DNA of 64,000 nt from an uncultured Gammaproteobacteria bacterium (GTDB lineage Bacteria; Patescibacteriota; Patescibacteriia; UBA9570), in contig CAYLOJ010000001.1 of assembly GCA_964385285.1 (NCBI GenBank), positions 88,537 to 152,536 of the forward strand. The letters run 5' to 3'. The notes beneath the pieces are model-generated. The model was not told where the DNA came from and did no database searches. It was given only the letters and a program-made list of their open reading frames with translations. Positions 55,206 through 64,000 of this stretch are shown here, one piece after another. Positions within the stretch are counted from its first letter, which is position 1. Each line of letters begins with the position of its first letter. Position numbers and translations under genes: made by a program.

Positions 55206-57240
55206 AGGCAGCTTGCATAGCTTCTAAACAAATCTTTAAACCATCTTCAATTGTCATGCCCACTAATTCTGGAGCGCGCTCAGTAATCGTGCGATCAATG
55301 GCTTTTGCGAAACTTTTATCTTTGAATTTTTTCACTAGGCTTTTTAACTCCAAATTCCGAACATCCTTATCTGGGCGAACAGCCGTTGCGGCCATCACCA
55401 AACCCGTAGACTGCTCAAAACAATACATCACTTTTGACATTAGAGATTGGGGTTCCAGTTTATGCATTTTGCCATTATGTTCTTTGACTGCAGCCACGAT
55501 TAATGGATGAATCCCTTTTTTCTCCAACCACTCCGCACCTACTAACGAATGTTGTTCAGGAGTGACTTGCGTATAATCAATGTCGTGTAACAAACCAGTG
55601 ATTCCCCAAGCCTCTGGATTGGCAGCCTGAAAATGTTCAGCAAATTTCTGCATGATTATTTCCGTAGCCAACATATGGCGGCGCAATTGCGGATCCAACA
55701 CCTCTTGCTGCATCCATTCTAGTGCTGCCGCACGCGTTATACCTGGTTCAAACTGGGTTAATGACTGATCAGATCCCGTGGCACCGGGAGCCTGCTTAGG
55801 ACGCAATAATGGAAACATGACGCACTCTCGAATCGGCTTATCCATCAAGAATGAGAATAAGCGTTCACTAACTCCAAACCCTGATGTGGGTGGCATGCCG
55901 TATTCTAAAGCCTCCACAAAATCTTGATCATGCATTTGGGCCTCTTCGTCCCCCGCTGCTCGCATATCTGCCTGATGCTCAAAGCGTTCGGCTTGGTCGA
56001 TCGGATCATTCAACTCAGTGTAGCCGTTACCTAATTCACTCCCAGCAATAATCACCTGATAGCGCTCCACTAATTCTGGATTACTTTCCATGCGTTTAGC
56101 CAAGGGTGACACGGCTACAGGATGATTAATCAAAAAGACCGGCCCGGCAATCGTTTTACGACATTGTTTCCAGAGCAGATCAGTTAAACGACCACGGCCA
56201 ACTTCAGCATCGATTTTTAAGCCCAGGCTCAGACATTTCGCTTTTAATTCTGCATCCGTTGCGGTTAACACATTGATTCCTAATTGATCGTTAACAGCGG
56301 TCACATAATCTAACTTAGGCCAGGGTTGAGCAAAGTCCACTGCAAACCCTTTAATGGTGAACTGCAAGGTACCAAACGTAGCCTGAATGACCTGTTTATA
56401 AAGTCGTTCCACCAATTCCATCGTATCTTGATAATTGGCAAAGGCCCAATAAAATTCCATTTGGGTATAGTCTTGCAAATGTTCCGGACTAATACCCTCA
56501 TTACGAAATTGTCGACCAATTTCAAATGTCTTTTCAAACCCGCCTACCATTAAGCGTTTCTGCCATAATTCTCCCATGGAAATACGTAAGAAGAGATCAA
56601 TATCTAGGGCATTGTGATGCGTAACAAATGGTTTGGCGTCTGCTCCACCCGGCGTTGATTCTAAAACAGGGGTTTCCACTTCAAGAAATCCTTCTGCCAT
56701 TAAAAATTGTCTGATGCTATTCCAGAAGGTTGCTTTCTTTAAAAACATCTCACGCAATTCCGGTGACAACAACATATCAACATAACGCCGCCGATAGCGC
56801 TGCTCCTCATCTTGCAAGCCAAACCATTCAGCTGGCAGAGGCTGTACGGCTTTGGTCAACATACTGATACGTTCTACTAAAATGGATTGCTCACCTTTAT
56901 GTGTGACGAAGGGCTTGCCAACGATCTCAACAATATCACTCACATCAAAATAACGCAGGTCAGCGTAGCTTGGCTGCTGCAACTCTTCTTTGGATAGCGC
57001 AATTTGCATGCGCCCAGTACTATCTTCCAAATGCGCAAACGTCAATTTACCATGCTCACGCCATTGGCGGAGTCGCCCGGCTAACGTAACAGTGGTGTTA
57101 GTCAATTCCTCAAAGTGACGCAACACAGCACCCACAGTGTGCGTGCGGTGACTAGCAGAAGGATAGATGGGTCCGATATTGGCGCGGTAAGCTTTGGCTT
57201 TCTCAATGCGTCCGGACCGTTCGTCGTGCGATTCGGCCAT
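55192..57240 (-). CDS. lysS: Class II lysine--tRNA ligase fused to a C-terminal HD-superfamily hydrolase domain
   Basis: RYRRRYVDM, GGADAKPFVTHHNAL, FRNEG, YTELNDP, YGMPPTSGFG; about 185 extra aa with RRHMLATE, GLLHDID, KKFKDKSFA. Confidence 0.95.
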   Translation of the reverse strand: MAESHDERSGRIEKAKAYRANIGPIYPSASHRTHTVGAVLRHFEELTNTTVTLAGRLRQWREHGKLTFAHLEDSTGRMQIALSKEELQQPSYADLRYFDVSDIVEIVGKPFVTHKGEQSILVERISMLTKAVQPLPAEWFGLQDEEQRYRRRYVDMLLSPELREMFLKKATFWNSIRQFLMAEGFLEVETPVLESTPGGADAKPFVTHHNALDIDLFLRISMGELWQKRLMVGGFEKTFEIGRQFRNEGISPEHLQDYTQMEFYWAFANYQDTMELVERLYKQVIQATFGTLQFTIKGFAVDFAQPWPKLDYVTAVNDQLGINVLTATDAELKAKCLSLGLKIDAEVGRGRLTDLLWKQCRKTIAGPVFLINHPVAVSPLAKRMESNPELVERYQVIIAGSELGNGYTELNDPIDQAERFEHQADMRAAGDEEAQMHDQDFVEALEYGMPPTSGFGVSERLFSFLMDKPIRECVMFPLLRPKQAPGATGSDQSLTQFEPGITRAAALEWMQQEVLDPQLRRHMLATEIIMQKFAEHFQAANPEAWGITGLLHDIDYTQVTPEQHSLVGAEWLEKKGIHPLIVAAVKEHNGKMHKLEPQSLMSKVMYCFEQSTGLVMAATAVRPDKDVRNLELKSLVKKFKDKSFAKAIDRTITERAPELVGMTIEDGLKICLEAMQAAYDRY

Positions 57241-57247
57241 AGCAGGA

Positions 57248-57715
57248 TTAGGATACCTTTTTCAAGGTGTAGATGACTGCTCCTTTAGGAACGTTTACAG
57301 TGACTTTGTCACCAGCTGAGTGCCCTAAAAATGCCTTACCTAAAGGTGACTCATTTGAAATTTTACCGTTCGCAGGATCAGCCTCATTTGAACCGACTAA
57401 ATCAAACTCGTGCGTTTTTCCAGCAGGATCAACAACCGTCATGTGCGAGCCAATAACAACAGTTTTGGAACCTTTAGCCTTGGTAATTACTTTAGCATTA
57501 CGTAGACTTTCTTCCAACTCTAATACTTTGGTTTCCATTAAGGCTTGTTCCTCTTTCGCGTCACTGTATTCTGCGTTTTCAGATAAATCACCCAACTCTT
57601 TAGCACTGGCAATGCGATGGGCAATTTCCTTACGCTTGGTGGTTTTGAGATACTCTAAATCGCTTTTGAGTTTCTCTAAACCTTCTGGTGTTACGTAGAT
57701 CTCTTTTTCTGTCAT
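57248..57715 (-). CDS. greA: Transcription elongation factor GreA
   Basis: GDLSENAEYSDAKEEQ, ISNESPLGKAFLG. Confidence 0.97.
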   Translation of the reverse strand: MTEKEIYVTPEGLEKLKSDLEYLKTTKRKEIAHRIASAKELGDLSENAEYSDAKEEQALMETKVLELEESLRNAKVITKAKGSKTVVIGSHMTVVDPAGKTHEFDLVGSNEADPANGKISNESPLGKAFLGHSAGDKVTVNVPKGAVIYTLKKVS

Positions 57716-57737
57716 AATCCACAGTATTGTACTTTGG

Positions 57738-59720
57738 CTAGTCTGTACTGTCAATACTGTATTGGCTCAATACAGCTTTAGCTACTGGAACAGCCGCTTC
57801 GGTGCCATCACCACCCTCTTCGATTAAAATGGATAGCACTAACTTGGGCTCCTCATAAGGAGCAAACGTGGTATACCAAGAATGCTTCTTGCCAGACTCT
57901 CCAATTTCAGCTGTGCCCGTTTTTCCGGCAGAGCTATAGGGTAAACCGCCTAAGCTGCGAGCACTGCCGCTCAAGACTGCTTCGCGCATACCTGCTCGCA
58001 CAACTGCCAGGTTGCTGGCATCAACAATATTCGCTCTTTTAATGACTGGCTCGGTTGCAGTTACTACCTGGCCCGTCTGATCAGCAATATGGTCTACTAA
58101 TTCCGGCTCGTAGAGCGTACCGCCGTTGGCAACCACCATGGTATACAGCGCTACTTGCAGAGGTGTAACCAGTAAATCACCTTGACCAATAGACACATGA
58201 TAGGTGTCCCCTAAATACCAATCTTCACCCTTAACGGTTTCCTTCCAAGTTGGATTAGGTACAAATCCATCGGCCTCACCCGTCAAATCAATACCACTCG
58301 TTTCTCCCAGCCCAAATAACTGTGCATAATGATCAATCCGATCAATTCCTAAGCCACCATTTATCTCCCGTGCTTCTTTATCATAGGTACCACCCCCAGC
58401 TAAATAGAAATAGGTATTCACCGATTCTGCAATCGCTTTATAGATATTGGTAACACCATGTCCACCCGCTTTCCAATCTGGAAAATCTGGATAAGTAGAG
58501 CAGTTAATACACAAACCACCCGTACTACTTACAGTCGTGCTCGGTGTCACCACACCTTCTTGCAGCGCTGCTGACGCTACTACTAATTTAAATGTGGAGC
58601 CGGATGGATATTCGCCAGAGATCGCCTTATCAAAGAGTGGTTTGCGAACATCATTTAATAAACTAGCATACGTTTCAGAGGTGATCCCTTGAATAAACAG
58701 ATTAGGATCATAGCTTGGGTAACTGACAAGCGCCCTCACCTTACCAGTGCGTGGATCCAAGGCAACGGCCGCACCACCGGGTAACCCTCGTGCATCCACC
58801 ACTTTTTTGATTTCATCATATAACAGCTGCTGTAAATGACCGTCGATACTTAGCACAATATTGCCACCCGGTATGGCCTGCTCTTCAGCAATGGTATTTA
58901 ACGCGCGTCCACCTGCGGTCATCTCTTTGGCAATACTACCTTTCTGACCACGCAAGACATCTTCATAGGTGGATTCTAATCCAGTCTTACCGATATGATC
59001 TGAGAGGTCATAATCATCGGATAATTCATCCTCTAGATCTTCAGGGCTAATACGACCCAAGTATCCAATGATGGGAGCGTATAACTCTGGTTTTAAATAA
59101 TGACGAGCGGCTTGTGCCTCAATATGCACGCCCGGAACCGCTTTAAATTTTGCCATTAAATTAATAGCCTGGTCATGGGGAATAAATTCTTTCAGCACTA
59201 GCGGTTGATTGTAATATAACTCAGCATGTTCGGCGACATCCGACTGCAGTTGATCAAACGGTAACTCTAACGTTGTGGCGATGGTAGCCAACGTTTGCAT
59301 ATAGGCACTGTCTGGAGGATACGGCAGAGTTTTGGGAGGATCAGGCAACTCAGTTGGAATAACGGTGGCAATAAAGTTTGGCTCATTTTTCACTAATGCT
59401 TCGCCCTGAAGATCATAGATAATTCCACGTGCGGCTGGAATGGCTGTGATCTGCAAACGATTATCATCAGCCTGCGATCGGTAATCGGCACCATGAATAA
59501 TCTGTAAATAACCAGCTCTAGCCAGTAACACAAGGCAACCAAAGACCATGACCGTACCCAACCAACGCACACGCCAACTGGGAAGTGCGCTGGTTAAATA
59601 GGAAGTTGGAACCGATGGGTCGATGGGAGCTTTATCCAACACATGAGAGCTGTAGTAGGAACCCAGCTTACTATCTTTAATTCTAGAACCACCTTCCCAG
59701 GGATTAAACAAATCGCTCAT
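57738..59720 (-). CDS. mrdA: Penicillin-binding protein 2
   Basis: RGIIYD, GKTGLE, YPSGSTFK (SxxK), ESVNTYFY (SxN), AGKTGTAE; in the mre cluster. Confidence 0.93.
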   Translation of the reverse strand: MSDLFNPWEGGSRIKDSKLGSYYSSHVLDKAPIDPSVPTSYLTSALPSWRVRWLGTVMVFGCLVLLARAGYLQIIHGADYRSQADDNRLQITAIPAARGIIYDLQGEALVKNEPNFIATVIPTELPDPPKTLPYPPDSAYMQTLATIATTLELPFDQLQSDVAEHAELYYNQPLVLKEFIPHDQAINLMAKFKAVPGVHIEAQAARHYLKPELYAPIIGYLGRISPEDLEDELSDDYDLSDHIGKTGLESTYEDVLRGQKGSIAKEMTAGGRALNTIAEEQAIPGGNIVLSIDGHLQQLLYDEIKKVVDARGLPGGAAVALDPRTGKVRALVSYPSYDPNLFIQGITSETYASLLNDVRKPLFDKAISGEYPSGSTFKLVVASAALQEGVVTPSTTVSSTGGLCINCSTYPDFPDWKAGGHGVTNIYKAIAESVNTYFYLAGGGTYDKEAREINGGLGIDRIDHYAQLFGLGETSGIDLTGEADGFVPNPTWKETVKGEDWYLGDTYHVSIGQGDLLVTPLQVALYTMVVANGGTLYEPELVDHIADQTGQVVTATEPVIKRANIVDASNLAVVRAGMREAVLSGSARSLGGLPYSSAGKTGTAEIGESGKKHSWYTTFAPYEEPKLVLSILIEEGGDGTEAAVPVAKAVLSQYSIDSTD

Positions 59721-60207
59721 AGCGTGAAGGTAGAATGCGTATAAAAATCGCTGCCAGTAGACTCATGATAATCCAGCCCGCTGGCCAATGCCACCAAGAA
59801 ACTTGCAGAATCACACTGGAAATTGCAGAGCTGCGTAGTGCCATGATTTGCCAAATCCAAAATGGAATAGTGGCTGCAATCAGGCCACCAAAAATTGCAA
59901 TTAACACTGATAGCGCGGAAGCTTGTTTTAACCAGGTAGTGTGAATCCATTGATCAACTACAACTAATACAATCAGTGAAATAGTCCACAGTCCAAAGGG
60001 GGCGGGGGCATAGCAATCCACTAATACACCCAAGACAAAGGCTAGGTAGACAGAGCGTGGCCATGGGAGCAAGTGCATGACGACTGCTATATAAATCCAA
60101 CTAGGGAAAAACCAAAAGGCCAACGGCTGAATTGACCACATCACCACTTCCGATACTAAGATAACACCTGCTCCCAGGATCAAGATGAACCATTGCCATG
60201 TCTTCAT
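59704..60207 (-). CDS. mreD: Rod shape-determining membrane protein MreD-like
   Basis: Hydrophobic, GVLVDCY...PFG; lies between mreC and mrdA. Confidence 0.75.
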   Translation of the reverse strand: MKTWQWFILILGAGVILVSEVVMWSIQPLAFWFFPSWIYIAVVMHLLPWPRSVYLAFVLGVLVDCYAPAPFGLWTISLIVLVVVDQWIHTTWLKQASALSVLIAIFGGLIAATIPFWIWQIMALRSSAISSVILQVSWWHWPAGWIIMSLLAAIFIRILPSRYERFV

Positions 60208-61013
60208 ATCCCGGTCGGAATCACGATTGAAACAATCGCATTATTACCGTAGCGCACCATCGGACTAATCGTGGCAGTTTTAAATAAATCGCTCGGCTCA
60301 TCGGCGATTGCCTCGACAGTGCCTATGATTAATCCAGCAGGGATAAAATGATCTTGTCCATTAGTGACGATTAAATCCCCCACTGCGATCTGCTGTTCCT
60401 TCAAAATATATTGCATTAAAAGACTAGTGCCAAATTGACCAATCACAACTCCGCTTGTATGCGCTTCGGTTTGTGTACGACCTTGTACACTACTAGCATC
60501 ATTCGTTAGTAAGCCAACTTCACTATACGATTCATGTACGTTAGTGATGATGCCCAATAACATCCCCGGACCATAAATAACCGCGTAGCCAGGTTGCAGC
60601 CCATCGAGTTGACCGACGTTAATGTAGAGGGTTTGACCGACTGCACCAGTGCCAATTCGCGTAGTGATCTTGGCCGGCTGTAGCGTATAATCAGATTGTT
60701 GAGCAAAATCTAACTCCTCTTTATATTCCGTATATTGTTGAAGCTCCGTTTGCAACGCACTATTCTGTTGAACCACACTCGATAACTGATCTTTCAACGT
60801 GCGATTTTCGGCAAGTAACGTAGTATCTGTTGTACTATACAACGGACTAAAAGAATCGATTGTTGCATATGCCAAACTCATTGCCGGCTGTGCAGCTGTG
60901 CTGACCCAATGCTCAAATGGACGCAACCAACCGGCGTAATACAGCACAATCGCTGCGGCAATCAGCCCAAGCAGCACGGCGAGTTGGCGTGCTTGGTCCT
61001 GAAAGAACTTCAT
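60204..61013 (-). CDS. mreC: Rod shape-determining protein MreC
   Basis: TM, coiled coil (LAENRTLKDQL), INVGQLDG, GDLIVTNG...PAGLIIG. Confidence 0.9.
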   Translation of the reverse strand: MKFFQDQARQLAVLLGLIAAAIVLYYAGWLRPFEHWVSTAAQPAMSLAYATIDSFSPLYSTTDTTLLAENRTLKDQLSSVVQQNSALQTELQQYTEYKEELDFAQQSDYTLQPAKITTRIGTGAVGQTLYINVGQLDGLQPGYAVIYGPGMLLGIITNVHESYSEVGLLTNDASSVQGRTQTEAHTSGVVIGQFGTSLLMQYILKEQQIAVGDLIVTNGQDHFIPAGLIIGTVEAIADEPSDLFKTATISPMVRYGNNAIVSIVIPTGI

Positions 61014-62050
61014 GAGCCACTAGTAAATAATATCGTTTTTTTGAGATTATCAAGATCTTCCAATACCACACCCGTTCCACGCGCCACAGCCGTCAATGGA
61101 TCGTCTACCACATGCACTGGGATATTGGTCTCTTGGCTAATCCGTTCATCTAATCGTTTTAACAAAGCACCGCCACCGGTAATCATAATCCCCCGTTCAT
61201 AGATATCCGCCACCAACTCCGGCGGAGTAGTTTCAATCGTACTACGAATGTTTTCAATAATCATGTTCACTGTACGATCCAAAGCGGCGCGCACATGACG
61301 ACTAGTAAAGCCAAGTTCTTTCGGCAAACCGGTAATCAAATCCCGCCCACGAATACGAATCTCCAACTCCTCTTCCAATGGCAAGGCTGAGCCTAATTGC
61401 ACTTTCGCACTTTCAGCTGTGCGTTCACCAATTAAGAGATTAAACTCATCGCGGCAAAAGTTGATGATGTCTTGATTTAAATCATCACCAGCGGTCCGCA
61501 ATGAACGCCAATTCACAACGCCACCTAATGCAATAATCGCCATTTCAGTGGTGCCACCGCCAATATCTACAATCATTGTTCCGGTTGACTCCTGAACAGG
61601 TAAACGTGAACCGATCGCAGCTGCCATAGGCTCTTCAATTAAGATCACCTCTTTAGCACCTGCATTTTTAGCCGCATCTTCAACTGCCTTGCGTTCAACT
61701 TCTGTTACCCCTAGCGGGATGGCGATTACAACACGTGGTCGCGGAAAAATCGAAAACGATTCACGATGGACTTTATCAATAAAGTGCTTCAACATTTTTT
61801 CTGTGACTTCAAAATCAGAAACTACCCCATTGACCAATGGGCGCGTCGCAACAATGTGTGCCGGTGTTTTTCCGACCATGTCTTTAGCATCTTGACCCAC
61901 TGCCAAAATCTGATCTGTAATCGTATTCACTGCAACGACGGACGGCTCATTAATAACAATCCCTTTGTCGCGCACGTACACCAATGTATTGGCCGTTCCG
62001 AGGTCAATACCGATATCTTTGGAAACACTACCGAAAAAACGATTAAACAT
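61010..62050 (-). CDS. mreB: Actin-like rod shape protein MreB
   Basis: IGIDLGTANTLVY, EEPMAAAIG, VDIGGGTTE, TGGGALL. Confidence 0.98.
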   Translation of the reverse strand: MFNRFFGSVSKDIGIDLGTANTLVYVRDKGIVINEPSVVAVNTITDQILAVGQDAKDMVGKTPAHIVATRPLVNGVVSDFEVTEKMLKHFIDKVHRESFSIFPRPRVVIAIPLGVTEVERKAVEDAAKNAGAKEVILIEEPMAAAIGSRLPVQESTGTMIVDIGGGTTEMAIIALGGVVNWRSLRTAGDDLNQDIINFCRDEFNLLIGERTAESAKVQLGSALPLEEELEIRIRGRDLITGLPKELGFTSRHVRAALDRTVNMIIENIRSTIETTPPELVADIYERGIMITGGGALLKRLDERISQETNIPVHVVDDPLTAVARGTGVVLEDLDNLKKTILFTSGS

Positions 62051-63269
62051 GAGTAGAGAGATAGTCGTCTAATGAAATTAATTTTGCAGTATCACTATTA
62101 CGCTGTTTCCACTCTAATTTACCCTCTGTCTTTTGACCGATCACTAAACGATCAGGTAAACCGAGTAAATCTGCATCTGCGAGCTTAACTCCTGCAGAGA
62201 CTGTACGATCATCGTAGAGTACAGAAATTCCAGCCTTTTGTAAAGCCTGGTAGACAGCATCCGCTTGAACACTATCCTTACTCAGATTCACTAAATGCGC
62301 TTGATACGGAGCAACAACAGTCGGCCAAATTATACCCTTATCGTCGTGATACACCTCCACAATCGTACCTAATAGACGAGTCAATCCCATTCCATAGCAT
62401 CCCATCACTGGAATCTGGTGTTGACCTTGATCATCCGTAAATGCCATTCCAAATGGTTCGGAAAACTTTGTCATCAATTTAAAGATGTTGCCCACCTCAA
62501 TCGCCTTTTCCGTCTTAAATTCGGATCGACCACAGCCAGGACAGTTTGGGGTCTCGGCTTTAATTTCATGATTGATTGCTAAACGACAATCCGTACAAAT
62601 GTAGATCGTATCTTCACCCGCTGCAGTCACCGTCTGAAACTCGTGCGAGTATTTTGAAAACACGCCACCCGAAGCGTAGGTCAGATAAGTAACATCGCCA
62701 AGACCAAGCCGCTCAAATACACGATGATACGCCGCCTTCACTGTTTCGTAGTATGTATCCAGATCTGCTTCCGTTGCATGAAATGAATACATATCTTTCA
62801 TCAAAAACTCGCGTCCACGTAATATTCCCGATTTAGGACGTAATTCCTTACGAAATTTAAATTGGAACTGGTAAACGGAACGTGGTAGATCTTTATAGGA
62901 TTGCACATATTGTTGCACCAGTGGAACGACGATTTCTTCGTGGGTCGGGCCAAGGGTGTATTCATGACCAGCTTCGTCTTTCAATTTATATAGAATGTCT
63001 TGCATGGTGTCCCAACGACCGGTACGCGCCCAATTCTCTTTGGGTTGCAGTGCCGGCATAGCCACTTCTTGACCACTCACAAGATCCATCTCTTCTCGAA
63101 TGATTGTCTGAATGTGATCAACCACCCGCTTCCCTAATGGCAACAACGTATACACGCCTGCCATCAACTTACTAATGTATCCGCCACGCACTAGCAATTG
63201 TGCATTAGCACTGGTTTCCTCTTGATTGATCTGCTTGCTCGTTTTAGTGAAAAGCTGAGATTGGCGCAT
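62043..63269 (-). CDS. proS: Proline--tRNA ligase (short form without editing insert)
   Basis: MRQSQLF, LGPTHEE, KFRKELRPKSGILRGREFLMKD, IEVGNIFKL, MGCYGMG. Confidence 0.96.
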   Translation of the reverse strand: MRQSQLFTKTSKQINQEETSANAQLLVRGGYISKLMAGVYTLLPLGKRVVDHIQTIIREEMDLVSGQEVAMPALQPKENWARTGRWDTMQDILYKLKDEAGHEYTLGPTHEEIVVPLVQQYVQSYKDLPRSVYQFQFKFRKELRPKSGILRGREFLMKDMYSFHATEADLDTYYETVKAAYHRVFERLGLGDVTYLTYASGGVFSKYSHEFQTVTAAGEDTIYICTDCRLAINHEIKAETPNCPGCGRSEFKTEKAIEVGNIFKLMTKFSEPFGMAFTDDQGQHQIPVMGCYGMGLTRLLGTIVEVYHDDKGIIWPTVVAPYQAHLVNLSKDSVQADAVYQALQKAGISVLYDDRTVSAGVKLADADLLGLPDRLVIGQKTEGKLEWKQRNSDTAKLISLDDYLSTHV

Positions 63270-63306
63270 ACGCAAATGAATGATAATAAACAAACTTAAC
63301 TGAAAT

Positions 63307-64000
63307 TTAACTAACTAATCCGAGTACATCTTTAACCGTAACGGCCATGATAAATAGCAGAAAGATCACAAAACCGACATTGTGTACTAAGATCTGCCAA
63401 CGCATTGGGACTGGCCGTCGTATTACTGCCTCAATAACGACAAAAATTAACTTACCACCATCTAATGGTGGGAATGGCAAAAAATTAAAGATGGCTAGAT
63501 TTAGAGATAACAATGCAGCGAACTGCAAGACATAGACAAATCCCATTTGAGTGACACGATAAGTGTCTGTGGCAATTCCAACTGGACCTGCCACAGCTGA
63601 TGAGACATCCTGACCTTGAAATGCACTCACAACGATTCCTCCTAGTGCCTGAACGAGAGCCACGCTAAGATAACCGGTTTGCTTTACACCTTGCACAATC
63701 GCTAAACCAAAGGGTAATTTTACTCGACCAGTTTCCGCAAAATAGGCACCAATACCAGCGGAACCATCTGCTAACGGAATAGTACGCGTAGTGAGTTCTG
63801 TGGTGCCTGACTCATGTTGGACACTCAGTGTGACTTCTTGATCAGCCGCAACTGTCGTTAAGAGCGTTTTAATATCTGTAACTGTACGAACTGCGGTACC
63901 ATTAATTGCAAGGATCTGATCGCCAGACTGCAAGCCTGCGGCAGCCGCTGGTACCTCCGGAGCGATCTGTTCAACAATCACCGACTGATCAAAAATCGTG
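63307..64000 (-). CDS. rseP: RIP metalloprotease RseP, 5'-truncated by the window edge
   Basis: PDZ domain (AGLQSGDQILAING), AGPVGI, NFLPFPPLDGG; usual rseP-proS synteny. Confidence 0.9.
   Translation of the reverse strand, partial: TIFDQSVIVEQIAPEVPAAAAGLQSGDQILAINGTAVRTVTDIKTLLTTVAADQEVTLSVQHESGTTELTTRTIPLADGSAGIGAYFAETGRVKLPFGLAIVQGVKQTGYLSVALVQALGGIVVSAFQGQDVSSAVAGPVGIATDTYRVTQMGFVYVLQFAALLSLNLAIFNFLPFPPLDGGKLIFVVIEAVIRRPVPMRWQILVHNVGFVIFLLFIMAVTVKDVLGLVS

Overview
A 64-kb, gene-dense chromosomal segment of a Patescibacteria (CPR) bacterium. It is most likely Parcubacteria of the Kerfeldbacteria/Uhrbacteria type; this is inferred from the gene set, 'GAGC' lipoboxes, Asn/Thr-rich linkers and very short 5' leaders without Shine-Dalgarno (SD) sites. 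Housekeeping genes dominate: gatB, miaB, thrS, dnaE, rodA, rplY, fmt-def-priA, gltX, serS-lysS-greA, mrdA-mreDCB, proS and rseP. Three things stand out. (1) A complete de novo pyrimidine operon (deaminase-carA-carB-pyrB-pyrC-[insert]-argH-pyrD-pyrK-pyrE-pyrF). Its enzymes resemble eukaryotic CAD/UMPS domains, and it is preceded by a candidate leader-peptide attenuator. (2) Three GC-rich inserts (about 11.96-12.27 kb, 19.97-20.45 kb and 45.6-49.6 kb). Unlike the native genes inspected, they carry SD motifs and long 3' hairpins, and two share a 14-nt 5' motif. Their cargo fits a diderm, Myxococcota-like cell rather than a CPR cell: a MYXO-CTERM surface protein, an outer-membrane-like protein and an orphan receiver domain. 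(3) A LysRS-HD hydrolase fusion. No rRNA, tRNA, CRISPR array, integrase or transposase was recognised. All calls are by-eye motif recognition; no searches were run and GC statements are visual estimates.
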